6,316 nucleotides of DNA from a virus (lineage: Duplodnaviria; Heunggongvirae; Uroviricota; Caudoviricetes): the IMG/VR virus record IMGVR_UViG_2541047915_000005; one strand, 5' to 3'. Made by a program: the position numbers and the translations under genes. The notes under the pieces were generated by a model. It ran no database searches. It was not told the DNA's origin and saw nothing but the letters and a program-made list of their open reading frames with translations. Position 1 is the first letter of the stretch. Every line of letters starts with the position of its first letter. Below are positions 1 to 6,316 of the stretch, piece by piece.

Positions 1-719
1 TCGTTTTCACGAAGCTCTCTGCTATGCCGTTACTCTCCGGACTCCGCACCGCCGTGCTCTTCGGTTCAAGCCCCAACATCCGGGCAAACTGCCGTGTTTC
101 ATTAGCCCGGTAGCATGAACCATTATCCGTCAGCCACTCTACTGGAGACGCCGGAAGCTCGTTGCCGAAGCGGCGTTCCACCGCTCCCAGCATGACGTCC
201 TGTACTGTTTCACTGTTGAAGCCGCCCGTAGTGACCGCCCAGTGCAGTGCCTCACGGTCACAGCAGTCCAGCGCGAACGTGACTCGCAGTTTTTCTCCGT
301 TATCACAGCGGAACTCGAACCCGTCAGAGCACCATCGCTGATTACTTTCTTTCACAGCCACTCTGCCTGTATGTGCCCGTTTCGATGGCGGTACAGCAGG
401 TTTTCGCTCAAGCAACAGCGCATTCTGGCGCATGATCCGGTAAACACGTTTGGCATTGATCGCAGGCATACCATCAAGTTCTGCCTGTCTGCGAAGCAGC
501 GCCCATACCCGACGATAACCATACGTGGGCAGCTCTCCGATAACATGGTGTATACGGAGAAGCACATCCGTATCATCAGTGTGACGACTGCGGCGGCCAT
601 CCATCCAGTCATCGGTTCGTCTGAGAATGACGTGCAACTGCGCACGCGACACCCGGAGACAACGGCTGACTAAGCTTACTCCCCATCCCCGGGCAATAAG
701 GGCGCGTGCGCTATCCACT
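1..719 (-). CDS. insD: IS2 transposase OrfB (InsD, DDE catalytic domain), 3'-truncated by window edge; normally made as InsCD fusion by -1 frameshift
   Basis: Manual translation of the reverse complement of 1-719 gives an uninterrupted frame: (V)[238 protein letters not shown]... It is absent from the ORF track because it has no ATG (GTG at reverse complement of 717-719, or fusion) and no stop in the window. A slippery A6G motif (reverse complement of 719-726, CAAAAAAG) sits at the insC/insD overlap. Confidence 0.9.
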
Positions 720-1041
720 TTTTTGCCCGTCCATATTCAACGGCTTCTTTGAGGAGTTCATTTTCCATCGTTTTCTTGCCGAGCAGGCGCTGGAGTTCTT
801 TAATCTGCTTCATGGCGGCAGCAAGTTCAGAGGCAGGAACAACCTGTTCTCCGGCGGCGACAGCAGTAAGACTTCCTTCCTGGTATTGCTTACGCCAGAG
901 AAATAACTGGCTGGCTGCCACACCGTGTTGCCGGGCAACGAGGGAGACCGTCATCCCTGGTTCAAAGCTCTGCTGAACAATTGCGATCTTTTCCTGTGTG
1001 GTACGCCGTCTGCGTTTCTCCGGTCCTAAGACATCAATCAT
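676..1041 (-). CDS. insC: IS2 transposase OrfA (InsC), 121 aa
   Basis: Minus-strand ORF translating [124 protein letters not shown] is the reverse complement of 1039-1041, preceded by GGAG. The ORF track's longer 676..1086 uses an upstream in-frame ATG inside the IR and is probably not the real start. Stop TAA is the reverse complement of 676-678. Confidence 0.92.
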
Positions 1042-1091
1042 CTGCTCTCCAATGACTAGTCTAAAAACTAGTATTAAGACTATCACTTAAA

Positions 1092-1132
1092 TAAGTGATA
1101 TTGGTTGTCTGGAGATTCAGGGGGCCAGTCTA
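1092..1132. repeat. IS2 left terminal inverted repeat (IRL), about 41 bp, outer end at 1132
   Basis: Terminal ...CCAGTCTA at 1125-1132 is the reverse complement of the IS2 terminus TAGACTGG. The extent of the IR is approximate. Confidence 0.8.
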
Positions 1133-1558
1133 GATAGTTAAATGGATTGATGAAAATTAAAACTACACAGGTGGGCTCAGACTATTGGAGGAAGTTGGGG
1201 ACACTCAGAATCCTGTGGAATGAAATAAACCGGTCTATCCGTCCATTACCCTTTTAGCTGCGCTGTATCGTCGCCGTATTCCCGCATTAACCATGACCGT
1301 AGCCCGACGGGGAATTCCTTCTGCGTGAGTGTGCGGGAATAATTAAAAACGATGCACACCGGGTTTTTACCGCGTTAATGATTCGCGGGTTTATCCCGGT
1401 GCGATGGTGGAAGAAACAGGAAGCTGTATTACAGAAAGTGCTACTACTGTATCCCGATGCGATGTATGTAATGTGAGTCAGATAATGGCACAGGATGTGG
1501 TGATGTGGCAGTCTGGAACACAGGATATATTGTCAGAATAAGACCCGTAGGAATAAAA

Positions 1559-1885
1559 ATGAAAAGACGCCTTTTACTACTTTTTCTGTTATCTGTCCTG
1601 GCAGTGGGATGCTCGCAGCAAAAAGCTGATGAGCCCCGGCAATTAGTGACGGTGTATCCACGATATCCGGAATATGCTGCAGCAAATTATATCAAGGGGC
1701 TGGTTGAGGTTAAGTTCGATATTGGTGCTGATGGGACTGTGACACGGATCGTTTTTCTCCGCTCAGAGCCTCATAATTTGTTTCGTGATGAAGTGGTGAA
1801 GGCCATGGCGAAATGGCGATTTGAAAAGAATCGCCCCTGTCAGGGAGTGAAGAGACAATTTATCTTTACGCCGTCACGTCCTTGA
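1559..1885 (+). CDS. Small lipoprotein (108 aa precursor) with a TonB C-terminal domain; putative prophage cargo (moron) gene
   Basis: ATG at 1559 preceded by AGGA (1549-1552). The N-terminus MKRRLLLLFLLSVLAVGC has a positive n-region, hydrophobic core and lipobox-like LAVGC, with Ser at +2. The mature part YPRYPEYAAANYIKGLVEVKFDIGADGTVTRIVFLRSEPHNLFRDEVVKAMAKWRFEKNRP aligns with E. coli TonB C-terminus as recalled ([58 protein letters not shown]). The ORF track's upstream ATG at 1505 would add 18 residues before the signal peptide and is less likely. Stop TGA at 1883-1885. Confidence 0.75.
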   Translation: MKRRLLLLFLLSVLAVGCSQQKADEPRQLVTVYPRYPEYAAANYIKGLVEVKFDIGADGTVTRIVFLRSEPHNLFRDEVVKAMAKWRFEKNRPCQGVKRQFIFTPSRP

Positions 1886-1977
1886 TGCTTCCAGGTAGAG
1901 AGGGGCTGGAAGCAGGAGAAAAATGAAAGAGCCAGCGGTTATATTTTTGTCATGGCTGACGAGGAATGATGGAAGAA

Positions 1978-2000
1978 GGCGTTGTATGCCACACAACGCC
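1978..2000. terminator. Stem-loop (8-bp perfect stem GGCGTTGT/ACAACGCC, 7-nt loop) between convergent ORFs; possible bidirectional intrinsic terminator
   Basis: Stem 1978-1985 pairs with 1993-2000. A T-rich tract follows on the plus strand (TCACTGTTCATTTCTTCTTTTTCTC, 2001-2025) and a TTCTTCC tract on the minus side. The T-run is not immediately adjacent to the stem, so this is weak. Confidence 0.25.
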
Positions 2001-2007
2001 TCACTGT

Positions 2008-2187
2008 TCATTTCTTCTTTTTCTCTGGTGGAACCCGATGAATAAGAGTTGCACTGGTTTCCGATGAGATGGCGATATACTCGGGCAAAGTATGCTGGCA
2101 GTTTTCCAACTGGTCAAAAATACCTGCTCTCGTCTGTTGCAATGCCTGCAGCATGCGGCGGCAATGCGCCTTGCTTTTACTAACCAT
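2008..2187 (-). CDS. Hypothetical small protein (59 aa, basic KKKK C-terminus); the ORF track's longer version 2008..2361 uses an upstream ATG without an RBS
   Basis: Internal ATG (reverse complement of 2185-2187) is preceded by a strong Shine-Dalgarno (GATAGAGGAAGGAAAG-ATG). Product MVSKSKAHCRRMLQALQQTRAGIFDQLENCQHTLPEYIAISSETSATLIHRVPPEKKKK. I recognise no homolog. The C-terminal lysines are read from the T-rich tract that could equally be a plus-strand terminator tail, so this could be spurious. Confidence 0.3.
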   Translation of the reverse strand: MVSKSKAHCRRMLQALQQTRAGIFDQLENCQHTLPEYIAISSETSATLIHRVPPEKKKK

Positions 2188-2248
2188 CTTTCCTTCCTCT
2201 ATCAGTCGCTGCGTGAACTCATCATGGAATACCAGGTAAATGCGGATG

Positions 2249-2500
2249 TTATCGGTTTTGGCTACGCAGCATAGTACAAAACGGACAGGTGCATCCCGGG
2301 ACGGGGGAGGCGTCACATGTCCCTGTGATGGTTGTTCCGGGTAATGTACTGTGTGGGGCATAAAAATGTCCGATAATTTTACTTTCTACCGCAGTTAGTT
2401 GATTCGTTGGTCCTGGTAGCACATTGGGCGAGGATTTAAATGCCAGGCAACTGAAGGATGATGTCGCAAGGGAGATAGCGAGAATATTTCTGATTTTCAT
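2249..2500 (-). CDS. Hypothetical small secreted protein (83 aa precursor, predicted Sec signal peptide, Cys-rich mature part)
   Basis: ATG (reverse complement of 2498-2500) preceded by AGAGG 9 nt upstream. N-terminus MKIRNILAISLATSSFSCLA-FKSS looks like a signal peptide. Mature region has 4 Cys (GTCDASPVPGCTCPFCT). The ORF track lists a longer 2249..2569 version starting upstream. It overlaps the 2008..2361 frame, and I recognise no homolog. Confidence 0.3.
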   Translation of the reverse strand: MKIRNILAISLATSSFSCLAFKSSPNVLPGPTNQLTAVESKIIGHFYAPHSTLPGTTITGTCDASPVPGCTCPFCTMLRSQNR

Positions 2501-2648
2501 TTGATGATGCCTCTGTGTGAAATGACGGTAAACGACGCACTTGTGCCGGCACATAATAGCAAGCACCATAATAGATCAGATTCGATTCTTGCTGTAAGTG
2601 ATAATTATTCTCGTTTTCGGGTCCTTTCCGTCGATCCAACAGGTTACG

Positions 2649-2660
2649 GGGCGGCGACCT
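2649..2660 (+). other. cosN of a lambda-type cohesive-end site; the 12-nt sequence GGGCGGCGACCT corresponds to the left cohesive end of lambda
   Basis: Sequence 2641-2690 (AGGTTACGGGGCGGCGACCTCGCGGTTTTTCACTATTTATGAAAATTTTTC) closely matches the lambda cos junction and left end as I recall it (…CAGGTTACG|GGGCGGCGACCTCGCGGGTTTTCGCTATTTATGAAAATTTTCCGG). It lies 189 bp upstream of the Nu1-like start, the same spacing as in lambda (Nu1 starts at nt 191). Confidence 0.85.
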
Positions 2661-2696
2661 CGCGGTTTTTCACTATTTATGAAAATTTTTCAGGGA

Positions 2697-2810
2697 AAAT
2701 CGTGTCGGTACTTCTCGAATATAACTTTTTGTTTTTTTTAATATTGCATCCGTAAAGGTCCGACATGAAAGTGTCCGAAAATGCCTTTTTCTGGCGTTTT
2801 CATGTCGGGC
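2697..2810. promoter_or_regulatory. cosB-like region: three copies of a 9-bp core TC(G/A)TGTCGG arranged forward-inverted-forward (candidate small-terminase binding sites R3/R2/R1) with an AT-rich candidate IHF/bend segment between the first two
   Basis: TCGTGTCGG at 2700-2708 (+), CCGACATGA at 2760-2768 (reverse complement TCATGTCGG), TCATGTCGG at 2800-2808 (+). These sit at about +52, +112 and +152 from the cos left end. Lambda R3/R2/R1 are at similar positions and in the same orientation pattern but have a different core (CGTTTCC). The AT-rich segment 2709-2759 contains ATAACTTTTTGTTTTTTTTAAT, resembling the lambda I1 region. Confidence 0.5.
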
Positions 2811-2836
2811 CTTGTATTTGATAATGGGTTGTTTTC

Positions 2837-3385
2837 ATGAAGGTTAATAAAAAGAGGCTTGCCGAAATTTTCAACGTGGACCCGCGGACGATTGAACGCT
2901 GGCAGTCTCAGGGACTCCCTTGCGCCTCCAAAGGTAGTAAGGGCATTGAATCTGTATTTGATACTGCCATGGCAATTCAGTGGTATGCGCAGAGGGAAAC
3001 TGATATCGAAAACGAAAAGCTCCGCAAAGAACTGGCCGATTTGCGTGCGGCAGCGGAGTCAGATTTACAACCCGGCACCATTGACTATGAACGCTACCGG
3101 CTCACAAAAGCGCAGGCAGATGCGCAGGAACTGAAAAATGCCCGTGAAGACGGAGTGGTGCTGGAAACTGAACTGTTTACCTTCATTCTGCAACGTGTGG
3201 CACAGGAGATTTCGGGGATACTTGTGCGTGTGCCGTTGACATTACAGCGTAAATATCCGGACATTTCACCATCACACCTTGATGTGGTGAAAACTGAAAT
3301 CGCGAAAGCCTCCAATGTTGCAGCTAAGGCCGGTGAAAACGTGGGCGGGTGGATCGATGATTTCAGACGCGCAGAAGGCAGCTAA
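2837..3385 (+). CDS. nu1: Terminase small subunit (lambda gpNu1 family), 182 aa
   Basis: Product [28 protein letters not shown]...[28 protein letters not shown]... is collinear with lambda Nu1 as recalled (MEVNKKQLADIFGASIRTIQNWQEQGMP...[28 protein letters not shown]...). N-terminal winged-HTH region present. Stop TAA at 3383-3385. The gene sits immediately downstream of cos. Confidence 0.95.
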   Translation: MKVNKKRLAEIFNVDPRTIERWQSQGLPCASKGSKGIESVFDTAMAIQWYAQRETDIENEKLRKELADLRAAAESDLQPGTIDYERYRLTKAQADAQELKNAREDGVVLETELFTFILQRVAQEISGILVRVPLTLQRKYPDISPSHLDVVKTEIAKASNVAAKAGENVGGWIDDFRRAEGS

Positions 3386-5285
3386 TGCAGCCGGTGCGAT
3401 AGCTACAGGGCTTTTATCTCTCATTATTCCTGTTCCACTGACGACAGTTCAGTGGGCCAATAAACATTATTACCTTCCTAAAGAGTCGTCTTATACCCCG
3501 GGGCGATGGGAAACACTGCCGTTTCAGGTTGGCATCATGAACTGTATGGGCAACGATCTGATTCGCACGGTTAACCTGATTAAATCTGCCCGTGTTGGTT
3601 ATACAAAGATGTTGCTGGGAGTGGAGGCTTATTTTATTGAGCATAAATCACGCAACAGCCTTCTTTTTCAGCCCACGGACTCAGCTGCTGAAGATTTTAT
3701 GAAATCTCATGTTGAGCCAACGATAAGGGATGTTCCTGCATTGCTGGAGCTGGCTCCATGGTTCGGAAGAAAACACCGCGATAATACGCTCACCCTGAAG
3801 CGTTTTTCCTCCGGTGTGGGGTTCTGGTGTCTGGGTGGTGCGGCAGCAAAAAACTACCGTGAAAAATCCGTGGATGTGGTCTGTTATGACGAGCTTTCCT
3901 CGTTCGAACCGGATGTTGAAAAAGAGGGTTCGCCAACCCTGCTGGGGGATAAACGTATTGAGGGCTCTGTATGGCCAAAATCCATTCGCGGCTCGACGCC
4001 TAAAATCAAAGGCTCCTGCCAGATCGAAAAAGCCGCTAACGAGTCGGCACACTTCATGCGTTTTTATGTGCCCTGTCCGCACTGTGGGGAGGAGCAGTAT
4101 CTGAAATTTGGCGATGATGCCTCGCCTTTCGGTCTTAAGTGGGAGAAGAATAAGCCAGAAAGTGTTTTCTACCTTTGTGAGCATCATGGCTGTGTGATCC
4201 ATCAGTCTGAGCTTGACCAGAGTAACGGGCGGTGGATCTGTGAAAACACGGGCATGTGGACCCGTGACGGCCTGATGTTTTTCAGCGCCCGGGGTGATGA
4301 AATTCCGCCGCCGCGCTCCATCACTTTCCATATCTGGACGGCGTACAGTCCGTTCACCACCTGGGTACAGATTGTCTATGACTGGCTGGATGCACTGAAA
4401 GATCCCAACGGCCTGAAAACCTTTGTGAACACCACGCTGGGCGAGACCTGGGAAGAGGCTGTGGGCGAAAAACTCGATCACCAGGTGCTGATGGATAAGG
4501 TTGTGCGTTACACGGCGGCGGTGCCTGCCCGGGTGGTTTATCTGACGGCGGGCATTGACTCGCAGCGAAACCGTTTTGAGATGTATGTCTGGGGATGGGC
4601 TCCGGGAGAGGAAGCCTTTCTGGTGGATAAAATCATCATTATGGGGCGTCCCGATGAGGAAGAGACGCTGTTACGTGTGGATGCGGCGATCAACAAAAAA
4701 TACCGCCATGCAGACGGAACCGAAATGACCATTTCCCGTGTCTGCTGGGACATCGGGGGGATCGATGGCGAAATCGTTTATCAGAGGTCAAAAAAACACG
4801 GTGTTTTCCGGGTGCTGCCGGTAAAAGGCGCATCTGTCTATGGCAAGCCGGTGATCACCATGCCAAAAACCCGCAATCAGCGGGGCGTGTATCTGTGTGA
4901 AGTGGGGACGGACACCGCAAAAGAAATTCTCTATGCCCGTATGAAAGCCGATCCCACGCCTGTGGATGAAGCCACGTCGTATGCTATCCGTTTTCCTGAT
5001 GATCCGGAGATTTTTTCGCAGACAGAGGCGCAGCAACTGGTCGCGGAAGAGCTTGTGGAGAAGTGGGAAAAAGGAAAGATGCGTCTGCTGTGGGATAACA
5101 AAAAGCGGCGTAACGAAGCGCTGGACTGCCTGGTGTATGCCTACGCGGCATTACGTGTGTCCGTGCAACGCTGGCAGCTTGATCTGGCTGTACTGGCAAA
5201 ATCCCGGGAAGAAGAGACGACCCGGCCAACCCTTAAAGAACTGGCAGCGAAGCTGTCCGGAGGAGTGAATGGTTACAGTCGCTGA
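3357..5285 (+). CDS. A: Terminase large subunit (lambda gpA family), 642 aa
   Basis: Product resembles lambda gpA along its whole length (e.g. [100 protein letters not shown]). Start chosen at ATG 3357 (MISDAQ...), overlapping the nu1 3' end by 29 nt as in lambda. The ORF track's ATG at 3315 is less likely. Stop TGA at 5283-5285. Confidence 0.95.
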   Translation: MISDAQKAANAAGAIATGLLSLIIPVPLTTVQWANKHYYLPKESSYTPGRWETLPFQVGIMNCMGNDLIRTVNLIKSARVGYTKMLLGVEAYFIEHKSRNSLLFQPTDSAAEDFMKSHVEPTIRDVPALLELAPWFGRKHRDNTLTLKRFSSGVGFWCLGGAAAKNYREKSVDVVCYDELSSFEPDVEKEGSPTLLGDKRIEGSVWPKSIRGSTPKIKGSCQIEKAANESAHFMRFYVPCPHCGEEQYLKFGDDASPFGLKWEKNKPESVFYLCEHHGCVIHQSELDQSNGRWICENTGMWTRDGLMFFSARGDEIPPPRSITFHIWTAYSPFTTWVQIVYDWLDALKDPNGLKTFVNTTLGETWEEAVGEKLDHQVLMDKVVRYTAAVPARVVYLTAGIDSQRNRFEMYVWGWAPGEEAFLVDKIIIMGRPDEEETLLRVDAAINKKYRHADGTEMTISRVCWDIGGIDGEIVYQRSKKHGVFRVLPVKGASVYGKPVITMPKTRNQRGVYLCEVGTDTAKEILYARMKADPTPVDEATSYAIRFPDDPEIFSQTEAQQLVAEELVEKWEKGKMRLLWDNKKRRNEALDCLVYAYAALRVSVQRWQLDLAVLAKSREEETTRPTLKELAAKLSGGVNGYSR

Positions 5286-5475
5286 ACTGCAGGCGCTGCG
5301 TCAGGCGCGCCTTGATTTATTAACCGGTAAACGGGTGGTGTCTGTCCAGAAAGATGGTCGCAGAATTGAATATACGGCGGCTTCTCTGGATGAGCTTAAC
5401 CGGGCGATCAATGATGCGGAGTCGGTACTGGGGACAACCCGGTGTCGCCGTCGTCCGCTGGGAGTGAGGTTATGA
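5269..5475 (+). CDS. W: Head-tail joining / head completion protein (lambda gpW family), 68 aa
   Basis: Product [68 protein letters not shown] has the same length as lambda gpW and shares its motifs ([23 protein letters not shown]...RRRGP). GGAGG sits 6 nt upstream of the ATG. Start overlaps the end of A by 17 nt. Confidence 0.9.
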   Translation: MVTVAELQALRQARLDLLTGKRVVSVQKDGRRIEYTAASLDELNRAINDAESVLGTTRCRRRPLGVRL

Positions 5476-6316
5476 AACGAACGCCTGTCCTGATTGATGT
5501 GAACGGCGTTCCGCTTCGTGAGAGTCTCAGCTACAACGGGGGCGGTGCAGGATTTGGCGGGCAAATGGCTGAGTGGTTGCCACCGGCGCAGAGTGCCGAT
5601 GCGGCCCTGCTGCCCGCGTTGCGTCTGGGGAATGCCCGGGCAGATGATCTGGTGCGCAATAACGGAATAGCGGCTAATGCGGTGGCTCTGCATAAGGATC
5701 ACATTGTCGGGCATATGTTTCTGATCAGCTACCGTCCGAACTGGCGCTGGCTGGGGATGCGGGAGACCGCAGCAAAAAGCTTTGTCGATGAGGTGGAGGC
5801 GGCCTGGTCGGAATACGCCGAAGGGATGTTTGGCGAGATCGACGTGGAAGGAAAACGCACGTTCACGGAATTTATCCGTGAAGGTGTGGGCGTTCATGCG
5901 TTTAACGGCGAAATCTTTGTGCAGCCGGTCTGGGATACGGAAACCACGCAGTTATTCCGTACGCGTTTTAAAGCCGTGAGTCCGAAACGGGTGGACACGC
6001 CTGGACACGGTATGGGGAACCGTTTTCTGCGGGCCGGTGTGGAGGTCGATCGATATGGCCGTGCCGTCGCGTACCATATCTGTGAGGATGATTTTCCGTT
6101 CTCTGGTAGTGGACGATGGGAACGGATCCCGCGTGAACTTCCCACCGGGCGTCCGGCCATGCTGCATATTTTCGAGCCGGTGGAGGACGGGCAGACCCGT
6201 GGGGCTAATCAGTTTTACAGCGTCATGGAACGGCTGAAGATGCTCGATTCCCTGCAGGCAACACAGCTTCAGTCGGCCATAGTGAAGGCGATGTATGCAG
6301 CGACGATTGAAAGTGA
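5472..6316 (+). CDS. B: Portal protein (lambda gpB family), 5' portion only; continues beyond the window
   Basis: ATG at 5472-5474 overlaps the W stop (ATGA). Manual translation gives MKRTPVLIDVNGVPLRESLSYNGGGAGFGGQMAEWLPPAQSADAALLPALRLGNARADDLVRNNGIAANAVALHKDHIVG...HAFNGEIFVQPVWDT...IFEPVEDGQTRGANQFYSVMERLKMLDSLQATQLQSAIVKAMYAATIES, which matches lambda gpB as recalled (...NARADDLVRNNGYAANAIQLHQDHIVG...HAFNGELFVQATWDT...VFEPVEDGQTRGANVFYSVMEQMKMLDTLQNTQLQSAIVKAMYAATIES). Absent from the ORF track because there is no stop in the window. Confidence 0.93.
   Translation, partial: MKRTPVLIDVNGVPLRESLSYNGGGAGFGGQMAEWLPPAQSADAALLPALRLGNARADDLVRNNGIAANAVALHKDHIVGHMFLISYRPNWRWLGMRETAAKSFVDEVEAAWSEYAEGMFGEIDVEGKRTFTEFIREGVGVHAFNGEIFVQPVWDTETTQLFRTRFKAVSPKRVDTPGHGMGNRFLRAGVEVDRYGRAVAYHICEDDFPFSGSGRWERIPRELPTGRPAMLHIFEPVEDGQTRGANQFYSVMERLKMLDSLQATQLQSAIVKAMYAATIES

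Larger units (their letters stand above)
1..1132 (-). mobile_element. IS2 insertion sequence (IS3 family), partial: about 199 bp of the right end including IRR lie left of the window
   Basis: Reverse complement of 1030-1132 matches the IS2 left end as I recall it (TAGACTGGCCCCCTGAATCTCCAGACAACCAATATCACTTAAATAAGTGATAGTCTTAATACTAGTTTTTAGACTAGTCATTGGAG...). Minus-strand translation gives InsC then InsD. The outer IS boundary is at 1132/1133. IS2 is about 1331 bp, so the element should begin about 199 bp before position 1. Confidence 0.95.

Noticed and set aside
352-645. 97-aa minus-strand ORF
   Set aside because: Same strand as insD but out of frame with the InsD translation; artefact of ATG-only ORF calling.
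242-673. 143-aa plus-strand ORF
   Set aside because: Lies antisense to IS2 insD, whose minus-strand frame translates cleanly into the known InsD sequence; no independent support.
706-976. Plus-strand ORFs 706..906 and 749..976
   Set aside because: Antisense to insC within IS2; no RBS and no recognisable product.
1378-1476. 32-codon mini-ORF (MIRGFIPVRWWKKQEAVLQKVLLLYPDAMYVM) in the leader region
   Set aside because: No Shine-Dalgarno sequence, very short, no recognisable features; treated as non-coding.
1505-1558. Upstream in-frame ATG giving a 126-aa version of the lipoprotein
   Set aside because: It would put 18 residues in front of the signal peptide and has no RBS; the ATG at 1559 has an AGGA RBS and yields a canonical N-terminal signal peptide.
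2092-2274. 60-aa plus-strand ORF
   Set aside because: Overlaps the better-supported minus-strand candidates, weak RBS, no recognisable motif.
2436-2639. 67-aa minus-strand ORF ending near cos
   Set aside because: Overlaps the signal-peptide ORF in another frame, no RBS noticed, no recognisable product.
1133-2640. Looked for tRNA, CRISPR repeats or integrase attachment-site signatures in the cargo segment
   Set aside because: No T-arm or cloverleaf motif and no regularly spaced direct repeats were seen; nothing to support an RNA gene or CRISPR array.
2501-2755. 84-aa plus-strand ORF spanning cosN
   Set aside because: Runs straight through the cos site and the AT-rich cosB region; lambda-type phages have no gene across cos, and the product is low-complexity.
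2859-3315. Alternative-frame ORFs inside nu1 (2859..3134 +, 3094..3315 -)
   Set aside because: Nested in or antisense to the Nu1-like gene, whose frame is supported by collinear similarity to lambda Nu1.
3414-5229. Antisense or alternative-frame ORFs within the terminase large subunit gene, including the 266-aa ORF 3681..4481 (-)
   Set aside because: The plus-strand gpA-like frame is supported along its full length by similarity to lambda gpA; long antisense ORFs are expected by chance in GC-balanced coding DNA.
5301-6237. ORFs antisense or out of frame with W and the portal gene (5301..5897 -, 5782..5979 +, 5894..6160 -, 5952..6167 -, 6037..6237 +)
   Set aside because: The plus-strand frame from 5472 translates into a clear gpB-like portal sequence; the others are Arg/Pro-rich artefacts.

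Overview
This window is the junction between a partial IS2 insertion sequence (positions 1-1132, transposase genes on the minus strand) and the packaging end of a lambda-like prophage. The prophage part has a lambda-type cos site (cosN GGGCGGCGACCT at 2649-2660, cosB-like sites downstream), then four overlapping plus-strand genes: terminase small subunit (Nu1-like, 2837-3385), terminase large subunit (gpA-like, 3357-5285), head-tail joining protein (gpW-like, 5269-5475) and the 5' part of the portal gene (gpB-like, 5472 to window end). Between IS2 and cos lies about 1.5 kb of cargo-like DNA. It encodes a small lipoprotein whose mature part is a TonB C-terminal domain (1559-1885, +), which is the most interesting element here, plus two low-confidence small minus-strand ORFs (2008-2187 and 2249-2500). 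No rRNA, tRNA or CRISPR array was seen. All identifications rest on reading the sequence and on recalled similarity to lambda Nu1/A/W/B, E. coli TonB and IS2 InsC/InsD; no database search or computation was run. The ORF track misses IS2 insD (no ATG, runs off the window) and the portal gene (no stop in window).
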